From NCBI GenBank assembly GCA_963768855.1, contig CAVYJM010000006.1:256001-320000 (forward strand): a DNA stretch of 64,000 nucleotides, in the 5' to 3' direction. The notes beneath the pieces are model-generated. The model did not search any database. It worked only from the letters and a program-made list of their open reading frames with translations, and was not told the DNA's origin. The position numbers and the translations under genes were made by a program. Origin of the DNA: an uncultured Thermoplasmata archaeon. GTDB taxonomy: Archaea; Thermoplasmatota; Thermoplasmata; RBG-16-68-12. Shown here piece after piece: positions 57,296 through 64,000 of this stretch. Position 1 is the first letter of the stretch; every line of letters starts with the position of its first letter.

Positions 57296-59539
57296 CTAGG
57301 TTTCGATTCTCGATGGCGACCTGGGCACCGGCATCGCAGCGGACATCATCCGGTCCCCCACGACGGCTGTCACTTCGTGTCCCGACGGGAGGGGGAGCGT
57401 CCCGGCTACCGAGCCGCTCGGGACCGTCGCGGGCAGGCTGAGCCCGCCCGCGACGTAATTCCCTGTAATCGTCGTGAGAGCGTTCGCCGTCACGATCGCG
57501 GTCTGCGGCGCGGGGGTCACGTAGCCGGGCACGTCACCGAAGCTCACCGTGTAGGTCCCCGGGGCCACGGCCATCCACATACCCCAGTCGTTCCGCGCGA
57601 CCCCGTTGACGAACACGGTGCCCGCCACCGCCCCGCCTCCCTGGGTCACCCGGAGGAATCCTTGGGCCTTGAACTCACCGTTCACGTTGGTGGTCTGGGC
57701 GGCCACAACGTTCACGGTCTGGGGCCCAGGTGTCCCCAGTCCGGGCGAGTCGGTCCACGAGATCGTGTGGGATCCGGGGGCGATTTTCAGCCAGGCCAGG
57801 CCCCACTCGTCGCGCGGGATGCCGTCCACCCGGACCTGAGACCACACCCCCCACGTCGGGTGGGTGTCAATGCTCGTAGAGACACGGAGCAACCCCGGAC
57901 CCGGCTGCAGGTCGATTGACGGATAGGGGTGGGTCGGGTACTGGTCGTCACCCGTCCCGGGGGTGCCGTCCGGTCCAGGGGTCCCGGAGGGACCACCCGT
58001 CGTGGACGGCCCGGTAATCGTCCAGGTGTTCGCCGACTCGTCCCAGATGCCGTACGCGGCCGGGGCCGTCCGCATGAGATAGAGCGGCTTCTCGATGACC
58101 ACGAACTGACCCTGGGTCGGGTCAGCTCCCGCGGGCGTGAGGTTCGGGTCGTAGAAGTTCACATTCCCCTTCGGGAACGTGAACGACATGCTCTCCCCCG
58201 CCTTCAGATCCCAGGTGGTCGGAAGGTTGTCGTATCCGCCGACGACGCCGTAGTTGAACCCGCCTGCCGTTGTGTGCACGTAGGTGTACGGCGGATTGGG
58301 ATATCGGTTGATCTCCGACTGCGCGTGATGGGGGCTGAACACGCCGTAGTCCGCCAACCATGCTCCCCACTCCCAGAACGGGATATCGTCCGTCTTGTCG
58401 TACAGTCCATTCGGGCCGGGATCCGAAGCCTGCTGGAAGTGGTAGAAGATGGCGGTCGTCAGGGAGAAGTCGTGGGCCGACGCGCCAATGGTCGTCGCAA
58501 AGTGGAAGTTCTCGAACCAGGGGTACTCCATGCCCCACCAGCCCGTCCGGTGAGTGGAGTTGAGCGTGTTACCCAGGTAGCCCGCATTGCCCCAGTAGAA
58601 CGTCCGCGTGAGGAGGGCTTCCGTCCCGTCCGCAAGGTGGTCGATCTTCAGCGTGGTCGTGCCATCCCCGGCCACCGTTGCGGTCATGTTCGTGTAGAAC
58701 GGGGCGTAGTAGTACTCGTACCCGTTGAAGATGTCGAACTTCCCGGGGGTGTTGGCCGACCCAGCGAGCGTGACGACTGCATCCTGCCAGGCCGTCTCCT
58801 CCGCCCCGAGAGTGCCGCAAGCCGGGTTCGTGTTCGTGTTCCACCAGGTCTGTGCCGCGGCGGCGTTCGCAGCGACGACCCCGAACAACCGCTTGGACTC
58901 CTGGAGATCCATCGTCACGGTGATCTGCGAGCGTGCGTAGTACCCGTCGTTGAGGCTCGGGTTGAAGGAGCAGCCCGCGACGTTCTTGAGGGCGGTCCCC
59001 TGGGCCAGGGTGACGTACTCCATCTTCCAGTCAATCGACAGCGCGGCTCCGACCGCCGCGCTCGGGTTCTGAATCGGTAGGTACACCGGGTCCGTGAGCG
59101 TGTAGCCCGGCACGCTCGTCCCGACCGCATGCATGCGGTAGGGTGCCATGATGAACGGAATCGTCTTCGTGGACGCCGGGTTTGTGGATCCGGCGAACGG
59201 ATACCAGTGCACGTACGGATAGGATGCGACATCGGGCACGGCCGGGTTGGAGGGTACGCACTTGCCTTCCGCGACGCCTTCCGCGGAGAAGCACTCGGCG
59301 TTCATCGGCAGATCTCCGTACCCATGCCCCAGACGGAGGTCCCAGTACTCCTGGAAGGGAACGTTGAAGAAGTCGTAGAAATCGTAGTCGAGCGAATAGG
59401 CGGCCTGTGGTTCGACGGCGCCCACAAACGCCCCCGAGCCCGCTCGATCTCCCGCTCCGGTGAGCGCGAAACCGGCAGTCACCAGCAAGAGCACGACGAG
59501 TCCGGATACGGCGAGACCTTTGCGATCGATCACCAACAC
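57296..59539 (-). CDS. Secreted protein with unknown N-terminal region and two C-terminal PEGA-like domains
   Basis: GGAGGAGG RBS, signal peptide, tandem GxLRV...VxVxG...PGxxTxS units. Confidence 0.8.
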   Translation of the reverse strand: MLVIDRKGLAVSGLVVLLLVTAGFALTGAGDRAGSGAFVGAVEPQAAYSLDYDFYDFFNVPFQEYWDLRLGHGYGDLPMNAECFSAEGVAEGKCVPSNPAVPDVASYPYVHWYPFAGSTNPASTKTIPFIMAPYRMHAVGTSVPGYTLTDPVYLPIQNPSAAVGAALSIDWKMEYVTLAQGTALKNVAGCSFNPSLNDGYYARSQITVTMDLQESKRLFGVVAANAAAAQTWWNTNTNPACGTLGAEETAWQDAVVTLAGSANTPGKFDIFNGYEYYYAPFYTNMTATVAGDGTTTLKIDHLADGTEALLTRTFYWGNAGYLGNTLNSTHRTGWWGMEYPWFENFHFATTIGASAHDFSLTTAIFYHFQQASDPGPNGLYDKTDDIPFWEWGAWLADYGVFSPHHAQSEINRYPNPPYTYVHTTAGGFNYGVVGGYDNLPTTWDLKAGESMSFTFPKGNVNFYDPNLTPAGADPTQGQFVVIEKPLYLMRTAPAAYGIWDESANTWTITGPSTTGGPSGTPGPDGTPGTGDDQYPTHPYPSIDLQPGPGLLRVSTSIDTHPTWGVWSQVRVDGIPRDEWGLAWLKIAPGSHTISWTDSPGLGTPGPQTVNVVAAQTTNVNGEFKAQGFLRVTQGGGAVAGTVFVNGVARNDWGMWMAVAPGTYTVSFGDVPGYVTPAPQTAIVTANALTTITGNYVAGGLSLPATVPSGSVAGTLPLPSGHEVTAVVGDRMMSAAMPVPRSPSRIET

Positions 59540-60125
59540 CCTCCTCCCGTCCCCGAGGGACGCTGCGGAACCGGAGAGAGGCCGCGGTTATAAGGACGAC
59601 GTGAGACCCCTCGGGAGGGGGCTCTTTGTCTCCGAAATGATAACAAAGTCCCGTGTCGCGCGGTTCCCTGGCGAACCGACAACTTCGCTCCCTCGCATGG
59701 GCCGCAGCATTGCCTTTGCGGCTGCTCGGGGCGACGACCTCAAGGAGTTCGCGGACGCATCTCACGCTCTCCATCGAAGCCCGTGAAGGCAATTCGCCGG
59801 GCCGTACACGGGTTTCGGACGCGCGGTTCGGAATACGCAAAACGATGCGTGCACGGGTAGGCTTCGGCGCTTGTCGGACGAAAGATATATCCTGTCTCGT
59901 GTCACATCATCACACGGGTTGGGACGAGCCCCAGAAGGCCGCTCGCCCACGCGCCGCCGCGGGTGCGGACGGACGCGCGGGCCCCGCGCTCGGACCTGCG
60001 CCATGAACTCGGTGGGGGAGGTCGTCGGGAATGCGGCGCGCGGAGGCGGCGGGGCTCGTCGCGCCTTTTTCGTTCCACCGGGGTTGGGCGAAGCTTCTTA
60101 TCGCGTCCTCCCGTTCCCGCGCGGG

Positions 60126-60743
60126 ATGCCTCGGAGGGAGGTCCGCGACCTGGGGTCCGTCGTCGCCTTGGAGAGGGAGGTCGCGGCCCTTCACCGCCAG
60201 CTGCAGAGGCTCGAGCGCATGGTCCTCGAGCAGGAGCATCGGCTGCGGGCCGTCGCCAAGTCCTCGGAGTCCGGTGCCCGCCACCAGGCCGTCGTCTACG
60301 ACGCCCTCCGCCTCGGAGAGGGCGCGAAGAAGGGCGATCGCGGCGTGATCCGAGAACTGGAGGACTCCGTCGAGAGGATCGAGGACTATCTCCTCAAGAC
60401 GGCGGACCGGATCGAGACGATCCTCTCGGCCCTGAAGCAGCATCGGGAGTTGCTCGTCAGCGTGAACAAGCGCGTCCTCGACGTGGGGACGAAGGACCGG
60501 ATCCGCCTCGAGCTCGACGTGATGAAGAACACACTCTCCATCCTCTCCCTGAATGGCGTGGAGTTTGACGCCGGGCTCGTCAAGGAGATCGACACCCTGC
60601 GCGGCCGCCTGCGGCAGTCCGAGGATCTCATCCAGCTGGAGCAGGCGAAGGTCGAACTGGACAAGAAGTTCGATGGCGAGCTGAAGAAGTACGACCTCGA
60701 GGCCATCTGGGCCCGGAAGAAGGAGATTGCGGGGTACCGCTAG
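60126..60743 (+). CDS. Hypothetical coiled-coil protein
   Basis: Heptad-rich, charged sequence; start uncertain (ATG 60003 or 60126). Confidence 0.65.
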   Translation: MPRREVRDLGSVVALEREVAALHRQLQRLERMVLEQEHRLRAVAKSSESGARHQAVVYDALRLGEGAKKGDRGVIRELEDSVERIEDYLLKTADRIETILSALKQHRELLVSVNKRVLDVGTKDRIRLELDVMKNTLSILSLNGVEFDAGLVKEIDTLRGRLRQSEDLIQLEQAKVELDKKFDGELKKYDLEAIWARKKEIAGYR

Positions 60744-61603
60744 ACCCAGGATCGGGCCTCGGCGATCGACATGATTGCCTCGCGCACGAGGCGGGCCGCC
60801 AGGAGCGACGTCTGTCCGAGGTCCCACGCCGGGCTCACCTCGTTGAGGTCCATCCCAACGAGGTGCGGCGCCAACATGCCCAGAAGTCGCTTGACCTGGA
60901 GCGGCGCGAGACCGAAGGGCTCCGGGTTCCCGACGCCCGGCGCGTAGGCGGGATCGACGCCGTCGATGTCGATCGTCAGGTAAATCTTGTCCCGGTCCAC
61001 GGTCTTCAGCGCCCGTTCCACGGAACGCGCGATGCCCTCCTCGTGGATGTCGTATACGCTGATGAACGTCAGCCCGAGGCGGGCGAGGTCCTCCCGCTCC
61101 TCCTCGCTGAACGAGCGGACGCCCATGTAGACGACCTGCCCGACGCCGACATGATCGGCGCAGCGCCTCGCGGAGCACGCATGGGACCACTTGTCGTCCA
61201 GGTACGAGTCCCGGAAGTCGAGGTGGGCATCGATTCCGAGGACCGCGATGTCCTTGGGGAAGGCCTTCACGACGGCCGGCGCGAGGCTGTGCTCGCCGCC
61301 GAGGACAATCGGGACGCGGCCGTGTTTGATCACGTCGGTCGCCATCTTGGACACCCCTTCGACCATCTCGCTCGAGGGACCGAAGGAGCGCGTGTCGCCG
61401 ACGTCGGCCACGGGGATCTCGGACAGGCTGTGGCCGTGGTCCATCATGTACGCCTCGAAGTTGTACGAGGCCTGGCGGATCGCCCGAGGCGCGTACCGGC
61501 TCCCGCCGCGGAAGGAGCACGTGCGGTCGTAGGGCACGCCGAAGAGCGCGATCTTCGCGTCCTCGAGCTTCGCGTGCGCATCGGCGAACCGCGGCGCGGG
61601 CAT
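60740..61603 (-). CDS. speB: Agmatinase (ureohydrolase family)
   Basis: GVPYD.T.SFR.G.R.AP, GGEHS, IDAHLD, TIDIDGVDP..APG, DLNEV.P. Confidence 0.92.
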   Translation of the reverse strand: MPAPRFADAHAKLEDAKIALFGVPYDRTCSFRGGSRYAPRAIRQASYNFEAYMMDHGHSLSEIPVADVGDTRSFGPSSEMVEGVSKMATDVIKHGRVPIVLGGEHSLAPAVVKAFPKDIAVLGIDAHLDFRDSYLDDKWSHACSARRCADHVGVGQVVYMGVRSFSEEEREDLARLGLTFISVYDIHEEGIARSVERALKTVDRDKIYLTIDIDGVDPAYAPGVGNPEPFGLAPLQVKRLLGMLAPHLVGMDLNEVSPAWDLGQTSLLAARLVREAIMSIAEARSWV

Positions 61604-61649
61604 GGCCTCCCGAGAACCCCCTGCGATTATATGAGGCCGGCGGGCCCGG

Positions 61650-62036
61650 TCACGGCGTCGACAGCTTGCGCCGCCCGAGGGTCTCGATGTACATTTGTTC
61701 CTGCCCCGCCTGAAGGGACGCGCGCAGGTCCTCGGGGACCTCGATCTCGAAGGTCTCGTAGTTCTCCAGATCCATGAGTTGCGCCTTGTTGTCGTGGATG
61801 GAGAGGACCTGGGCCTTCCGCTTGTCGATCATCGGGACCCGGACCTTGTGCGTCACGGGATGGACCACGGACCGCTTCTGGCCGTCGAAGATTCCGACCG
61901 CCTCGAGCCTCGCCTTCGCCTCGCCGTGTTTCCCGGGTTTGGACATCTGGATGCTGATGATCTTGCACGGCTCGTCGTCGATGACGACGTAGCGGTTCAC
62001 CTTCAGCTCCCGCATTTCGGCCTGTTCCCACGACAT
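61650..62036 (-). CDS. eif5a: Translation factor aIF5A
   Basis: SKPGKHGEAKAR hypusination motif, QLMDLENYETFE. Confidence 0.96.
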   Translation of the reverse strand: MSWEQAEMRELKVNRYVVIDDEPCKIISIQMSKPGKHGEAKARLEAVGIFDGQKRSVVHPVTHKVRVPMIDKRKAQVLSIHDNKAQLMDLENYETFEIEVPEDLRASLQAGQEQMYIETLGRRKLSTP

Positions 62037-62082
62037 GACGATTCCGTCCCGGCCGATGCGACCGGCCCATTAAAGCCTTTTC

Positions 62083-63145
62083 TTACCGCCTGCGCCGTGC
62101 GTGCGCGCGAGGCGCCGCCCGGGATGGCCGGCGGACGGGCTTCTTCTCCTTGCGCCTCCGGATCTCCGCGACCGCTCGGTCCAGGCTCGCCTGGAGCTCC
62201 GGCGCGATGTGACGGTGCGTGTACGCGTCTGCCCTCGCGGCCATCGCGATGCGTCCCGCGAACACCCGGGCGAGGGCTCCGCGTTGCCACGGCGGCGCGC
62301 GGTGGATCAGGGGATGCTGGAAGAGGACGCCGTGCTTCGGCGGCCTGGAGCCCGTCTTCAGGTGTCGGAAGAGCGCCCGCTCGGCCCCGAGGAGCTGGAC
62401 GGTGCCCGCCGGGTAGCGGGCCAGATCCTCGATGCTGCCCGCCAGGGTCACGAGCCGCGCCGCGATCATCGGACCGGCCAGCTCGGAGACGTTCGGCGCG
62501 AGGGAGCGGACCGAGCGCTCGACGTAGCCTTCGAGGTCCCGACGCTGGAGGGCGAGGCTCTGGGCCAGCGCGGCCATGCCGCGGATTTCGCGTTCCTCGG
62601 GCTCCCCGAGCTCCGCTCCGACGCTCTCTTGGGCGTCCAGGGGCAGGTTCTCGCGGCGCCCGTGCCTTCGCGACGAGCTCGAGGTACTGAGCCTCGTCCA
62701 CCATCCTGGCGAGCTCGGGGAAATGCAGCCCGTACCATTCGCGGATGCGTTCGACCAGGCCGTTCTCCTGCTCCTGGAGGTCGTCGACCGCGGCCACCGC
62801 CTGCCGCAGGTGGTCCTCCGGGCGGATCGCCTTCCGCATGCGCCGCTTCGCGAGTTCGACCATCGCGGCGTGCAGCAGGGTGCGGTCGAACCCGAACTGC
62901 GCCGGGTCTAGGAACGGCCCCTTCTCCGTCGAGAAGCGGCCGCCCGCCCGCTCGAGGCGCGGCTCCGTGACGAAGACCTCGTCCACGAGGCCCATGAGTT
63001 CCCGCTCCTCGTCCAGCACCTTCCAGTCCTCGACCTTCGCGAGCCGTTCGGCCAGGGCCTTCGGGTCCTTGGCGAACAACCGCTCGTGGACCACCGTCCC
63101 CTCGTCTAGGAGGAACGTCCCGAACCAGGTGGTCTGGAGGAGCAT
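62083..63145 (-). CDS. nop5: Box C/D snoRNP protein Nop5 (Nop56/58), one apparent +1 frameshift
   Basis: REWYGLHFPEL in one frame; APN.SELAG...AARL...AGS...LA..PA.TVQLLGAERALFRHL in the next. Removing one G at 62665-62666 gives a 354-codon frame. Confidence 0.88.
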
Positions 63146-63184
63146 CCCGGGGTCAACCGCGCGGACGCCTAAAAGGGTATCCGC

Positions 63185-64000
63185 CTAGCGCCGCCGCTTC
63201 GTCGGCGCCTTCCGCCGCGGCGTGGGCTTCCCCATCCGCCGCAGGTCGCCGGGTCGGTGGATGCCGGCCTCTGTGATGATCCCGCGAATGTACTTGGCCG
63301 GGGTCACGTCGAAGGCGGGGTTCCGGGCTGGGCTTTCCTTCGGCGCGACGGGGGTCCCTGCGAACTGGAGCACCTCCTGGGGCGAGCGCTCCTCGATCGG
63401 GATCTTGGAGCCGGCCGGGATCGCGAAGTCGATCGTGCTCGTTGGGGCGGCGACGTAGAAGGGCACGTGATGCTCCTTCGCGACAACTGCTTTCATGTAC
63501 GTGCCAATCTTGTTCGCCGTGTCTCCGTTCGCGGCGATCCGGTCCGCACCCACGAGGACAAGGTCCACCTCGCCGCGGCTCAGGAAGTGGCCCGACGCGC
63601 TGTCTGTCAAGATCGCGTGCTCGATTCCCTCCTGGACGAGCTCCCATGCGGTCAGGCGCGCTCCCTGCAATCGCGGCCGGGTCTCGCTCACGTAGACGAA
63701 GAACTTCCTCCCCTGCTCCTTGGCGGCCCGGATCGGCGCCAAGGCGGTGCCGACGTCGACCGCCGCGAGCGCGCCGGCGTTGCAGTGCGTCAGGATCCGG
63801 GTTCCGTTCTTGATGAGCTTCGCGCCATGCTCGCCGATCTTGCGGCAGCGGTCGACGTCCTCCTGGGCGTATCGATCCGCTGCCGACACCGGGTCCTCGC
63901 CCGCGTCGATCGCCTTGATCATGTACTCGATTGCGAAGAACAGGTCATGGCCCGTCGGGCGCGTCTTGCGCAGCCGGTCTGCGGCCTCCCGCACGCTCCC
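63185..64000 (-). CDS. mtnA: Methylthioribose-1-phosphate isomerase / eIF2B-like protein (5' end outside window)
   Basis: THCNAGALA..GTAL, ETRPRLQGARLTAWEL, GADRI..NGD.ANKIGT, NPAFDVTP. Confidence 0.88.
   Translation of the reverse strand, partial: GSVREAADRLRKTRPTGHDLFFAIEYMIKAIDAGEDPVSAADRYAQEDVDRCRKIGEHGAKLIKNGTRILTHCNAGALAAVDVGTALAPIRAAKEQGRKFFVYVSETRPRLQGARLTAWELVQEGIEHAILTDSASGHFLSRGEVDLVLVGADRIAANGDTANKIGTYMKAVVAKEHHVPFYVAAPTSTIDFAIPAGSKIPIEERSPQEVLQFAGTPVAPKESPARNPAFDVTPAKYIRGIITEAGIHRPGDLRRMGKPTPRRKAPTKRRR

Noticed and set aside
59540-60002. Possible riboswitch or ORF in the long intergenic gap
   Set aside because: Only short hairpins and two divergent TATA-like elements; no family-level signature could be supported.
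62640-62690. Programmed ribosomal frameshift in nop5
   Set aside because: No slippery sequence or stimulator is evident; an indel error is more parsimonious.
1-64000. CRISPR arrays, IS elements, prophage, rRNA
   Set aside because: No regularly spaced direct repeats, transposase, integrase, capsid or rRNA signatures were seen by eye.

Overview
High-GC archaeal chromosome segment. The informational genes (MCM, RadB, aIF5A, Nop5, NAC, ABCE1, uL16, Dph2, NMD3) look archaeal; a Thermoplasmata-related, probably non-methanogenic lineage is my inference, not a placement. Most of the window is housekeeping. It also holds two very large secreted S8 proteases plus a catalytically empty 'stalk-only' paralog, a haloarchaea-type mevalonate/isoprenoid gene set (PMD, IPK, IDI-2, divergent prenyl synthase), queE/queC, and a complete hdrCBA-mvhDGA hydrogenase/heterodisulfide reductase cluster with partial maturation genes. 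A CBS-V4R-Roadblock signalling trio and an unexplained 747-aa secreted PEGA protein are also present. Elements absent from the ORF track that I found by reading: SRP (7S) RNA (31574-31884, -), tRNA-Val(TAC) (37898-37970, +), a 47-aa six-cysteine zinc-ribbon microprotein upstream of MCM, a 52-aa membrane microprotein, and an AT-rich perfect palindrome next to a 79-aa orphan. Single-base frameshifts in the probably essential nop5 and in one S8 gene suggest indel errors in this sequence. No CRISPR array, transposase or integrase was seen.
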